A stretch of 64,000 bases of DNA from Nitrospirota bacterium (GTDB taxonomy: Bacteria; Nitrospirota; UBA9217): assembly GCA_963741205.1 (NCBI GenBank), contig CAVUHW010000026.1:317395-381394 (forward strand), read 5' to 3'. Each line of letters opens with the position of its first letter. Position 1 is the first letter of the stretch. The notes beneath the pieces were generated by a model. The model was not told the origin of the DNA. It worked only from the letters and a program-made list of their open reading frames with translations, and did not search any database. Made by a program: the position numbers and the translations under genes. Positions 35,170 to 44,918 of the stretch are shown here, one piece after another.

Positions 35170-35940
35170 TCAGTCCTTCAGGCCCGCACTGCCCTTCCCC
35201 ATGTTGGTGATCATCATCTTTCTGCCGGCCAATCTCGTGCCCAGGAATGTCAAGAGGCGATACTTGGGTCCGCTGATCACCGATGGCTCCTTCCGCTCCT
35301 TGAGTGCGGCGAGCGCATCTTTCACCACGATCTCGGGCGGATAGCCCGGTCCGCTCGACTTTTCCCTGACCCTGCCGCCCATGGCCACGGCATGGAAGTT
35401 CGTCTCGGTCACGCCCGGGAGCAAGGCCATGACATACACGCCCCGGTCCTTGTTCTCGTACCACAGGGACTCGGTGAAGTTCTCCACGAAACCCTTGGTC
35501 CCGCTGTAGATGGCCCCGCCGGGATAGGGAAACCGGGAAAGGACGGACGAGACATTGATGAGCGCATCTCCTGCCCGGGCTTTTTTCAGGAAAGCATGGG
35601 AAAGGCGTACGAGGGCGTTCATGTTCACGAACATCATATTTTCCTGCTGATCAACCGGCAGTTCGTGGAATCTGCCGTAGATGCCGTAACCCGCATTGTT
35701 CACGAGAAGCGAGTATCCCGTGCCCTCCAGATCATCGACTACACGCCGAAGCTGGCTGCCGTCGCTCAGGTCGGCGACCAGTGCGCGATGCCCTTCTCCC
35801 AACTCCTGTACCAGGTCATGGAGCTTGCCCTGGGAGCGGGCGACGCAGGTGACGCTATACCCCTCTCGGGCCAGTTCCCGGGCGAAAACCGCTCCGATGC
35901 CGCTACTTGCTCCCGTAACCAGTGCAGTTTTCTTTGTCAT
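35170..35940 (-). CDS. short-chain dehydrogenase/reductase
   Basis: TGASSGIG; NNAG; YSGTK. Confidence 0.92.
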   Translation of the reverse strand: MTKKTALVTGASSGIGAVFARELAREGYSVTCVARSQGKLHDLVQELGEGHRALVADLSDGSQLRRVVDDLEGTGYSLLVNNAGYGIYGRFHELPVDQQENMMFVNMNALVRLSHAFLKKARAGDALINVSSVLSRFPYPGGAIYSGTKGFVENFTESLWYENKDRGVYVMALLPGVTETNFHAVAMGGRVREKSSGPGYPPEIVVKDALAALKERKEPSVISGPKYRLLTFLGTRLAGRKMMITNMGKGSAGLKD

Positions 35941-36023
35941 ACCTTGATCCTCCCGGCGATATTTGGGGCCGTTTGCCCCTCATAAACCTTCATGTCAAGC
36001 CGCAAGACCTACCCTATTGCCTT

Positions 36024-36440
36024 CTACGGCAAGCCCCTTTTAGCTTTGCCTTCTCTTGCAATATAACCACCCGCCATGCCCACCGGGACCATCGCAGCAA
36101 AACTGACGATTTCATACCAGAGAGGCAGGCCGGTTTCCCGAAAAAAAAGACTCAGAATCAAACCTATCCCTGCAACGATCGCTCCATGCAGGATCTCAGA
36201 CTGCCCGGCTGTACGTCCGGCGACATAACCGCCGACGAGCGTAAAGCCCAGACCAAAAATCAGCATCAGTATAATTCCGCTGATGCCGTGCATGCGAGCG
36301 GTAATTTCGTCCCCCGGAAGCCCCGATGCCGCCATCGCAAAAACTAATATGGTTGCAATGGCCAGCGTGCCGATCGTATCGGCAAAAACTCCCCAAAAAA
36401 TGGCCTTGAGTTTTAATCCTCGTATTTTTTCCAGCATCAT
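36024..36440 (-). CDS. four-TM membrane protein
   Basis: Hydrophobic ORF with GGYVAGRTA..HGAIVA. Confidence 0.7.
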   Translation of the reverse strand: MMLEKIRGLKLKAIFWGVFADTIGTLAIATILVFAMAASGLPGDEITARMHGISGIILMLIFGLGFTLVGGYVAGRTAGQSEILHGAIVAGIGLILSLFFRETGLPLWYEIVSFAAMVPVGMAGGYIAREGKAKRGLP

Positions 36441-36459
36441 AACCTTTTCAGCGGATTGA

Positions 36460-36693
36460 GGGTCAGGCCTTTACGGTTAGCATCAGCAGCGTTTGTTGAT
36501 GATCCTGCTTGCACTCGTGTAGTGCAGTCCAAGATGGTCGGCAATTTCACGCTGACTTGAACACGGCCTTCTTTTCATTGCCACAGGACGTGATGTGGTA
36601 GACTGCACCGGGATATTCGATGCGGAGTGGGTGGGACATAGTGACCAGACATTACAAAGAAAAGAAGTGAATGTCAACAGTAAAGACCTGACC
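36460..36693 (-). mobile_element. internally deleted RAYT-like (Y1 HUH) transposase relic with inverted terminal motifs
   Basis: MSHPLRIEYPGAVYHITSCGNEKKAVF (from 36639) fused out of frame to SQREIADHLGLHYTSASRII; flanks gggtcaggcctttacggttagca and tgtcaacagtaaagacctgacc. Confidence 0.85.
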
Positions 36694-36786
36694 TAAGATG
36701 CTCCTGATCTTCCTTGTCGCATAAAAAACCCTCACGATACGATCATGAGGGTTTTGCACGGCTATAATGGCTTCTTCCTTATGTTA

Positions 36787-37110
36787 TTACTTTGTGTGAC
36801 ACTTTGCGCAATTTGCAGCGTCCTTCGCACTGAAGGACTTGGTTCCGTTGTGACAGGAGCCGCAGAACTTCCCGTCGTTGATGTCCTTCATGGTGATGAC
36901 GTCAGCTCCCTTCTTCATCTTGAAGAGGCCGGACTGATGGCAATCCGCGCACTTGAAGCCCTTGTCGGCATGTACCTTTCCGTCAAACACGACCTTGCCC
37001 GCGCCCTTGCCGTCGAATTCAACGGTCTTACCCGCCGGGACCGCGAAAGCGGAAACCGCCATCGAGAATGTCACGGCCACTATGAGGGCTGATATGAGAA
37101 ATTTTTTCAT
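36787..37110 (-). CDS. c7-type triheme cytochrome c
   Basis: Signal peptide; CADCH, CGSCH, CAKCH; RBS aaaggaggtg. Confidence 0.9.
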   Translation of the reverse strand: MKKFLISALIVAVTFSMAVSAFAVPAGKTVEFDGKGAGKVVFDGKVHADKGFKCADCHQSGLFKMKKGADVITMKDINDGKFCGSCHNGTKSFSAKDAANCAKCHTK

Positions 37111-37188
37111 GGTATACTCACCTCCTTTCATGGTCAGATTAATTGCAACGAACATCTTTGTGAACGTTATTAATGCGAACGAAATAAG

Positions 37189-37293
37189 TAATGTTACATC
37201 CCGGCAAGTCCCCCCTCACCCAACCCTCTCCCCTCTGGGGAGAGGACAAAGGAGAGGGCAAAGCAGGAACGAATCTGAATGCGTTTGTATTAG
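37189..37293. repeat. CCCCCTCACCCAACCCTCTCCC palindromic repeat (other copies ~41450-41533 and 57661-57720)
   Basis: About 60 bp nearly identical to the 57661 copy; right part (gacaaaggagagggcaaa...aatgcgtttgt.ttag) shared with the 41450 copy. Confidence 0.8.
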
Positions 37294-37406
37294 CTGCCTT
37301 GCGTCACTCAGGTACTTTGACATTTTCAATCTGGATATCAGCAGTATCTTTGTTTATTTTGACACTACAATGTGGAAAAGGTTAAAATGGAACGCAAAAT
37401 TATTCT

Positions 37407-37886
37407 ATGATGCCCTGCCTCGAAATCAAACACACGCTCTTCGGCGATGCGAAAACCTATTCGTGCGAGTTGCTGCAGTACGAGCCGGGCTTCGGCATGC
37501 TGCGGTACATCGTCGACCGCGAGTACGACATCAGCGGGCACAGACTCCTGCCGGGTGACGTCACCCATGCCCTGTACTGGGAAGACCGGCCGTACACGCT
37601 GTACGTCTGGGACCCGCGCAGCGGGGGCGGCAGGCTCTGCTACTTCAATATCGCCGACTCGGTATCGCTCCGGCCAGAGGAATTCGTCTGGCGAGATCTG
37701 GCAATCGATGTCCTGATCGACGCGGCAGGCCGCATCGATATCCTGGATGAACACGAACTCCCGCCGGATCTGCCGCAGGAACTACGGGTATATATAGGAG
37801 CAGCCGTGGACCTTGTCGTTGATCAGCATCAGAAGATCATCAGCGAGGCGAATGAGCAGATCAGGCGGGTCAGTCGCGGCGCGTGA
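37407..37886 (+). CDS. DUF402 domain protein
   Basis: YFNIAD; WRDLAIDVLI; ILDEHEL. Confidence 0.8.
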   Translation: MMPCLEIKHTLFGDAKTYSCELLQYEPGFGMLRYIVDREYDISGHRLLPGDVTHALYWEDRPYTLYVWDPRSGGGRLCYFNIADSVSLRPEEFVWRDLAIDVLIDAAGRIDILDEHELPPDLPQELRVYIGAAVDLVVDQHQKIISEANEQIRRVSRGA

Positions 37887-37914
37887 CGCACCGAACGAAT
37901 GCCGGAGGACAAGT

Positions 37915-38016
37915 TCGCAAAGAAGGATACGGCTTACTTCTGATTTTAAAATCCAAGAATTGAATCTTTTGATTTAAGTCAGGTTTTCCTTTGCGACCTC
38001 TGCGTCTTTGCGAGAA
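37915..38016. repeat. 9-mer periodic inverted-repeat element (CGCAAAG/CTTTGCG)
   Basis: tcgcaaag ... ctttgcgacctctgcgtctttgcgaga. Confidence 0.65.
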
Positions 38017-38071
38017 AATTTCTTGCCATTTGAGTAGAATTTCATTCTTAGTTACTAAAGATTTCCCTGCG

Positions 38072-39440
38072 TCACACCGCCTGGTCGTGCTCCGCCGCTT
38101 CCTCGATGCGAGACGCAAGCCGCGCTATGGATGCCCAGTCATGAACCGCGATGTCCTGGGAGTGGGCGAGATTGTTGCGGAGCGATTCGAGCTCTTTAAC
38201 GACCCCTCTGGCGATGTTCTTCGACGGAAAACCGAACGCCCGCAGCATCTCGGGCCGCTCGATGAGGATCTGCGCCTTGTCCGACAGCTGCAGGCATTTG
38301 AGCAGGCCGCTGTGCTGCCCTCTTCGCTCCCGCTCCCGCTGCAGCGCCTGCGCCTTCTGCAGCCTGCCCTCCGACATCAGCTTCTGCCATGCTCCGCCCG
38401 GGAAGTACTGTTCGATCAGGCGAGTCACGAGCATCTCGGCCATCGTGACGATCCCGAAGAGCCACATGCGGGCAACGGGCGAATTGAGGCTGACCCGGCC
38501 TGCGGCGCCTGCCACCTCTCCGAGCACCGTTACGAAGACATGCTCGTTCACGGTCAGCGATCTGACGAGCATTGTGAGCGAGCCGTCGCCGGGAACGACC
38601 TGGCCGGGACGGATACCGGCGAAGATGCTCGCCGCAGCTCCCTGCGCCGAGGTCGCCCCGCCGCACATAGCCGGCGATTGCACCCTGGTCCCGCAGGACG
38701 GCCACATCAAGGGACCGTTCGTCCAGTATGCGGCGGACCGCGGCAGAGGGTTCGTCGAGGCCGAAGGACAGGACCGGCTGGGACACGTCAAGGACCGTGA
38801 AGGCCTCCCGCAAAAGCCGGATCAGATGCGGCGGTATCGCTTCATCCTTCCAGACGGCAATGGCCGACGGGTCGTGACCCGGTTGCTGCAGGGCCTCCGG
38901 ATCGAGGCGACCGGAACACTCCGCATGGGCTGCCACGGCCTTTTCATAAAGCCGGGCGTCCCCTTCCTGCAGCACATCGAGCAGGTCCCTCATCTCCGCC
39001 AGATAGACCCGTGCGAACTTCTGGTCGTTGCGGCATATGTCCTGACAGTTGTCAATCAGGTCCGCGAGCTTAACCGTCTTGGCGGCCGGAGCCGCCGAGG
39101 CGAGATGCTGCAGGTCCTTGCCCTTACGGGCGGCCCGGTTGCCGTCTGCCGGCCTGCTCACGTCCGTCAGCGATTCCACGAGCTCCGCCACGGGGCGTCC
39201 GAACTCGCGCTCCACATCCTCGAGCGTGCAGGGGGTGTCCTCAACAACATCGTGAAGCCAGGCAGCGGCCAGCGTCGCGGGATCATCGGTCACCGTTGCC
39301 ACGAGCTCCGCCACGTTCTCGAGATGCACTGCGTAGGGCAGGCTGGTGTATTTCCTCCGGTGCATGATGCGAGAGTGCTCATGTACCGCAAAATCCCTTG
39401 CCCGCTGTACCAGTTCGTCCATATTCGTCCGCTCCATCAA
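38072..39440 (-). CDS. HD (Mesh1/SpoT-like) + CBS-like + HEPN-like fusion protein (frameshift near 38616)
   Basis: RKYTSLPYAVH; WLHDVVEDT; VKLADLIDN; central CBS-like region; C-terminal LESLRNNLAHSQD (RxxxxH). Confidence 0.8.
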
Positions 39441-39551
39441 ACAATCGCCCCCTATTGCTGCCAGCCCTGAAGCATCAGAGCAGGGTCAAGCGGGCAACAG
39501 TATAGACCTGATCCTAAGAATTCAAAGCTTTCCTAAGATTTCCCTATGCGT

Positions 39552-40463
39552 TCAGATACTCCAGATTATTCCCCGCTCTTCAAGAAACCTCTGTACTTCC
39601 GCCGGCCGCGGGATTCCCGCCCGTCCGCCCACCTTCATGCACTTCATTGCGGCGACGGCCGATGCAAACCGGACAGTGGCTTCGAGGCTCCATTTGAGGA
39701 GCAGCCCGTAGATGTACCCGCCGTGGAATACATCGCCGGCGCCCGTCGTATCTCTTGTCTCGACGGGAAAAGCGGGAATGACGATGACATTGCCGTCGGC
39801 ATAGGTCACGCTTCCCCGCGCTCCCAGCGTGATCGTCGTGGTGCCGAAGCCGTGATTTTTGATTTTCGGTTTGAATTGAGCAGCGTCGCCGCTCCAGCCC
39901 AGTTCGCGGGCGAATTCCTCCGACCCGACCACATAATCGCATAAGCGGGCGAGCTCCAGCATCCCGTCCCGCACGCGTCCCGCGTCAAGCATGACGGGAA
40001 TTCCGGCCTCTTTGGCCTTCTGTGCGGCAAAGAGCGATACGTCCTTCATCAGGCCGTCGAGGAGCAGAAAATCCGCGCCTTCCAAAAAATCCTGCGAAAG
40101 CTCTTCCGGACTGAGCGGCTCGCCTGAAGGCCGTTTCCAGAAAATCGTTCGTGTCGCGGCGGACTTTTCAATCGCGATAAATGCCGTCTGGGACGAGGCA
40201 TGAGCCCTCGTGACCAGCCCGGAGACATAGACCCCTTCCTCGCGCAGGGACTGCCGGATGGCCGCGCCTTCCCGGTCGTCTCCTATGACACCGTGAAACC
40301 GGCAGGCCACACCGAAACGCGACAGGGTCGCCAGGGCCGTTGCCACCGGCCCCCCTCCCTGCTCTTCCCAAAGCAGGACCTCTTTTTTCGTATCCGGCTG
40401 TGGAAACGAATCGATCACTGCTAACAGGTCCCACGCGCATTGTCCGATGCCCACAACAGCCAT
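39552..40463 (-). CDS. PfkB family carbohydrate kinase
   Basis: GGGPVATA; ITLGARGS; DTTGAGDVFHGG. Confidence 0.93.
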   Translation of the reverse strand: MAVVGIGQCAWDLLAVIDSFPQPDTKKEVLLWEEQGGGPVATALATLSRFGVACRFHGVIGDDREGAAIRQSLREEGVYVSGLVTRAHASSQTAFIAIEKSAATRTIFWKRPSGEPLSPEELSQDFLEGADFLLLDGLMKDVSLFAAQKAKEAGIPVMLDAGRVRDGMLELARLCDYVVGSEEFARELGWSGDAAQFKPKIKNHGFGTTTITLGARGSVTYADGNVIVIPAFPVETRDTTGAGDVFHGGYIYGLLLKWSLEATVRFASAVAAMKCMKVGGRAGIPRPAEVQRFLEERGIIWSI

Positions 40464-40569
40464 GTGAAATCCCCTTGATAAGTTTGTTACTACCGGGCAT
40501 GATCCTTGGAACGGACCAACATTAGCAGAAGGAGCGGGTTAAGTCAATTGCAAGACCCGTTATTGCTCA

Positions 40570-40604
40570 TCACCTTTCTTGCGTGCCCGAGAAAGGTGAC
40601 CCAC
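40570..40604 (-). repeat. truncated copy of the ~200-bp structured element (terminal hairpin only)
   Basis: tcacctttcttgcgtgcccgagaaaggtgaccca. Confidence 0.7.
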
Positions 40605-40968
40605 GTAAAAAAAAGGAGCCACTGACATCAAGAAAGTGATAGTGCCGGCAAGCCCGGAGGTCAAGGAGATAGAAAAGCAGGCTACGGCGGTCAAGGAGGT
40701 AATTAGAAAATCTGGAAGAGACCAAGAAAGAGGCATAGAAAGCAATTGAAAAGAAAATTCCTTTGGAGAAAAAGCTCCTGATGAAAATCATGGCGTAGGC
40801 TCTGACCAGCAAGGCTTGGAATCCTAGGTAGCTCCAATAGTCAAATCGCAAGACCTGCCCACGAAGATTTCCGGCACCTTTTGAAAAGGAGACAAAAAAC
40901 CGGCCCCCCCATTTCCGGGGAACCGGTCGGCATTTCATCACTGCGGCAAACCGGCTGGAAGACGCAGG

Positions 40969-41379
40969 CTATTTCCGGCCTGCCTTATCACGCTGGGTGA
41001 CAGCCTGCTTCTGCACGATGCTCTGAAGCGGCTCCGCCGGACTTTTCAGCATGGCAAGCAGATTGATGGAGAGAACGAATTTCCCTGCCTCTTCCCGCCG
41101 CACCTGCTGGTAGAAATCGCACATCTCGCAGTTATGGTACTTCTGGGCGAAGGACCCCTGTTCCTTTCCCCCGCACAATGTGCCCCCGACGACCCAACAC
41201 GCCCTTCCCGCATTCTTCCCCCCGTGAATCCCCTCCAGCCTCATCTCAATGGCGGTCGGACAGACGCCGAATTCCTCGATCTTCTTCCCACCCGGCTCTC
41301 TCCCGCATTGCTTGGCTTCCCAGCAGTTTAATTTCTTCACTGAACGCCCCTCCCCGGAAATGAGATAAACGTAATCCAT
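40969..41379 (-). CDS. Cys-rich two-CW-type domain protein
   Basis: KLNCWEAKQCGRE..CP..GRACWVVGGTLC..CEMCDFY; start may be the GTG near 41342. Confidence 0.75.
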   Translation of the reverse strand: MDYVYLISGEGRSVKKLNCWEAKQCGREPGGKKIEEFGVCPTAIEMRLEGIHGGKNAGRACWVVGGTLCGGKEQGSFAQKYHNCEMCDFYQQVRREEAGKFVLSINLLAMLKSPAEPLQSIVQKQAVTQRDKAGRK

Positions 41380-41879
41380 CTTTACTCAAGTATGAAACTT
41401 ATTTGGATAACAAACAGTCATAAGTTCGTAAATAGTCGAACTAAATTCATGGAAGTCTCCCCTTATCCAATCTCTCTTCTCTGGGAAGGACAAAGGAGAG
41501 GGCAAACAGAACAATCTAATGCGTTTGTGTTAGTGCAAAGTTCTGGGGACGCTGTTTTTTATGCACGACAAGAAAACAACTGCTGGGAGGTTTCTTCGGC
41601 GAGATGGGAAAACTTCTCAATGGTGTTCTCCCAATAAAGCAACGATACATCTTTTCGGCGCAGGGGGCAAGAGAAATTGTGGGGTAGACCGGACACAGCT
41701 TACAGGACTAAGCTAATTTACTGAATATTAATTTCTCGCTTCGCCCACTCGTGGAGCTTGATATTTCGATGAGGAAAATGCATAACCGTATTTTCAAAAG
41801 ACGAATGCTAACAGTAAAGACCTGACCCTGATATGCTATTCAATTTCTTAATTCTTACTTTTTACTTCATACTTTAACT

Positions 41880-42380
41880 TCACCCCTCTTCCCGCTTCTT
41901 TTCAGCAAGCCGCGTCTCCCGGCGCCTCGCTGCCTCCTGGCTCCTGCGCTTCTCCTCCTCTGTTTCGAGGATGAGCGGCAAGACCGTGCGGGGCCTGCCC
42001 TGCGTATCGAGCGCCACGTAGGTGAGATAGGCTGTGGCCGCATGCCGTACTTCGCCGGTGATGAGGTTCTCCGCTTCAACCCGCACGCCGATCTCCATGG
42101 ACGTTCTGCCCACGAGGTTCAGGCCCGCGGTGACGGTCAACAGGTCTCCCACAAACACGGGGGTATGGAAATCCATCCGGTCGATGGAGGCGGTGACCAC
42201 ATTGGACCGGGCATGGCGCGACGCAACCACGCCCGCCGCTTCGTCGATGAGTTTGACGACCACGCCGCCGTGCACGTTCCCGGCGGGGTTGGCGTCCTGG
42301 GGAATCATCATCTGCGCCATCACGACGCTGCTGTCCCGAACCCGCTTGCCTTCCATCGGCGCACCTCCCGTCTGTGACAT
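41880..42380 (-). CDS. acyl-CoA thioesterase (hotdog fold)
   Basis: PQDANPAGNVHGG; VVTASID; GRTSMEIGV. Confidence 0.92.
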   Translation of the reverse strand: MSQTGGAPMEGKRVRDSSVVMAQMMIPQDANPAGNVHGGVVVKLIDEAAGVVASRHARSNVVTASIDRMDFHTPVFVGDLLTVTAGLNLVGRTSMEIGVRVEAENLITGEVRHAATAYLTYVALDTQGRPRTVLPLILETEEEKRRSQEAARRRETRLAEKKREEG

Positions 42381-42393
42381 GTATGTAATACCA

Positions 42394-43023
42394 TCATTTC
42401 CTGCAAATACCTTCGATCAGCAAATAGGTGTCATGTTTTATATAGCGCGTATCAGTCACCTCTATGTGCGGATTGTTCCCGACATGTACCAGGGTGCGCC
42501 GGTCGAACCGTGCGCCGTACACTTTTTCAACAAAGGGCGTAAACAGCTCCTGCCGCCTTCTCAGCCTGGGGTTGTCCGAATACCTCATCTCCAGGAGACG
42601 GAATCTTCCACCGGGCTTCAGGACACGGGTGAATTCCGAGATCGCCTGGTCCTGCAGTTCCTCGGGCAGCACACAGCAAAGAAAGAAGGCCACTACCCAG
42701 TCATACCGGTCCGAGGGAATCAAAAGCATCCGGGCTGCGTCTTCACGGACGAACTGGACCTTGCACTTCGCTTCATCGCACCGCTTGGAAGCCTTCCGGA
42801 GCATCGCGGCGCTAAAGTCCAATGCCGTCAGATTTACTCCCGCGGGGTAATGTTTAAGGTTTCTGCCGGTCCCCACCCCCGCTTCCAGCACTTCCCCGGT
42901 CAGGTCGGCCAGCAGGCCGGGCCTCCATTTCCGGTATTGGAATTCCCAGGGGAAGTCCAGGATATCGTAGAACCATGCGGTAATCGCATAGCGCTTCTGG
43001 TTCAGGAGATTCAGCTCATTCAT
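42394..43023 (-). CDS. class I SAM-dependent methyltransferase
   Basis: VLEAGVGTGRNL; RVLKPGG. Confidence 0.88.
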   Translation of the reverse strand: MNELNLLNQKRYAITAWFYDILDFPWEFQYRKWRPGLLADLTGEVLEAGVGTGRNLKHYPAGVNLTALDFSAAMLRKASKRCDEAKCKVQFVREDAARMLLIPSDRYDWVVAFFLCCVLPEELQDQAISEFTRVLKPGGRFRLLEMRYSDNPRLRRRQELFTPFVEKVYGARFDRRTLVHVGNNPHIEVTDTRYIKHDTYLLIEGICRK

Positions 43024-43100
43024 GTCATTCTGTTTGAATAAATGGATCTTCCGGGTTTGATGTGGGCGATTTTGTCCCCGTTTTATTGAGTCGATCAAGT

Positions 43101-43281
43101 CCCATTCGAAAATTTAGCCAGGCGACCGAGTCCGAGGGTTAAGCATTTCGGATGTCCGAAGCCCGCAGGGCAAGTTTCCGAAATGTACCGAGGACGACCG
43201 AGCCTGGCGTAAAGAATTTTCGCCGGGTGCCCTTCTTTGGGTCACCTTTCTTGGGCACGCAAGAAAGGTGACGGAGAAAAA
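43101..43281 (+). repeat. ~200-bp structured repeat element, copy A (lacks the 40-bp insert)
   Basis: Homologous to 45956..46171 and to 52938..53163 (minus strand). Confidence 0.85.
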
Positions 43282-43317
43282 ACTTCTTAAATAACATAAC
43301 ACCACGCTTTCAGTCTT

Positions 43318-44172
43318 TTATCCCGGTCTGTCGGAATTTTTTTTCGCCGGATCCCGGAGCATGGCGTTGATATCGATCTGTTCGTATCTCTCCCTTCTCC
43401 AACGGTACGGCAGATCGAGGATCGTGGCCGGCTCTTGTATCGTGTACAGCGCCCGCAACGCCTCCGCCAGCACGACGCGCTGCTGCGCAGTATGAAACGG
43501 CTCGCCGAACGGATGGCCGAACGGCCATCGCAGAAAGACGGTCCGGGGAGGTTTGACCTTCTCCGAATACGCCCGCACGATCGACACGCCGATCGTGGGG
43601 ATTCCCGCTTTCTCTATTTCCCGCTGTATCAATCCCACGGATTGATTGCAAATGCCTCATCCGGGCGTCAGGAGCACGAAGTCTACCTTGTCGTTTTTCA
43701 GGGCTTGTGCGATCTCCGGCGCGATCTTGCTGATGAGCGTATCCATGTGCCTGCCGACAATATGCCCCATGAACCCGTAATGCACGTCAGCGAGGCGCCC
43801 GATGAGCCCTTCCCGTTCGAACTCCTTCAGTCTTTCCACCGGGAAAACAACGTTAATGTCCTTGTCTGCATCGGAATGATCGTAGTAATCGTGGGTGATC
43901 ATGAGGCTCGACGGGTTTTTTTTAAGATCGATGATCCTGTACGAAGGATCGCCGTCGCGGTCTTTCATGTCGAAGGGCTCCTGGTCCCTGTGATGCACAC
44001 CCGCCGTCGTCACGAGCGCTATCGTCGCCTTATGCAGGGGTTTCGTTACCGGGGTCCAGGGAACGTCGACTGCTTTCCACGGCTCGTACGAGGCAATAAA
44101 CCTTTTAGCGAGCGAGGGAAACCGCGTAATAATCCTTGCGATCAGCCGGTTTTTTAATCTGTCGATGCCCAC
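43318..44172 (-). CDS. glycine/betaine/sarcosine/D-proline reductase selenoprotein B-like protein (Sec at UGA 43657-43659)
   Basis: IALVTTAGVH; HDYYDH..DINVVFP; HYGFMG; LLTPG-U-GIC-NQSVGLIQREIEKAGIPT; the two ORFs are in frame across one TGA. Confidence 0.88.
43628..43646 (-). promoter_or_regulatory. bacterial SECIS-like hairpin
   Basis: mRNA AUCAAUCC-GUG-GGAUUGAU; stem begins 10 nt after the UGA; G first in the apical loop. Confidence 0.75.
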
Positions 44173-44259
44173 GTGTCCTCACGTCCTGGAACCTCTCGGG
44201 GTCGGGACCCCCGAGGGTCAGGTCTATAATGTTTACACCCGTCTTACCCTAAGATGTTC

Positions 44260-44664
44260 TTAGACAGTACAACACTCAACGATGATCTGAGGCACATTCC
44301 GGAAGTGGCTATCCGTGGTAATCAGTTTGAGGCCGTACTGCATGGCCGTTGCCGCGATCCAGAGGTCGCTTGTCGGCAGGGGCGTCCCCTTCGACCAGAG
44401 ATAGGTGATGATCGCCGTGTACCGTTCCGCCGTTTCTTCATCGATAACGGCGACCTGCACGCGCGGCGATGTTAGAAATTCCCTGACGATATCCCTGTTC
44501 CTTTTTTCCCTGCCGCCGCGGGCGAAACCGGCATAGAGTTCGCCAAGCACGACCGGGTTCAGGTAAATTTCATCAGCTTCCCGCAGCGCCTGCGTTACCT
44601 CCGCGTTTCCCCTGAGGAATGCGGAGTAAGCAGAGGTGTCGAGCATTACTTTGATTTTTTCCAT
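44260..44664 (-). CDS. vapC: VapC family PIN toxin
   Basis: LDTSAYS; VVLGELYAG; SDLWIAATA; TTDSHF. Confidence 0.92.
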   Translation of the reverse strand: MEKIKVMLDTSAYSAFLRGNAEVTQALREADEIYLNPVVLGELYAGFARGGREKRNRDIVREFLTSPRVQVAVIDEETAERYTAIITYLWSKGTPLPTSDLWIAATAMQYGLKLITTDSHFRNVPQIIVECCTV

Positions 44665-44918
44665 AGCTCCGCGTCCACTTTCCGTTGGGCCTTCAGGTTC
44701 TTGTCGAACTCTGCCGCTTCCTCCCGCGACCACAGGCCGGCCAGGTGGTCCAGATCGGTGTAAAGAACCCGCTTCTTCGCTTCCGGGGCATTCGCCCCCA
44801 CAGCCCGTTCGAGGAGCGAAATTATCGCTTTGTTCAAGCTCACGCCCTTCTGAGCGGCCTCTTTCTGCACCGTCTTTTTGACCTTGTCGGGAATGCTGCG
44901 AATGGTAATCTGCTTCAT
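44646..44918 (-). CDS. antitoxin (FitA/RHH-like)
   Basis: MKQITIRSIPD..AAQKGVSLN; overlaps the toxin start. Confidence 0.82.
   Translation of the reverse strand: MKQITIRSIPDKVKKTVQKEAAQKGVSLNKAIISLLERAVGANAPEAKKRVLYTDLDHLAGLWSREEAAEFDKNLKAQRKVDAELWKKSK

Noticed and set aside
40605-40800. Purine-rich Lys/Glu-like coding fragment
   Set aside because: No intact ORF with a start and no recognisable family; possibly a decayed gene.
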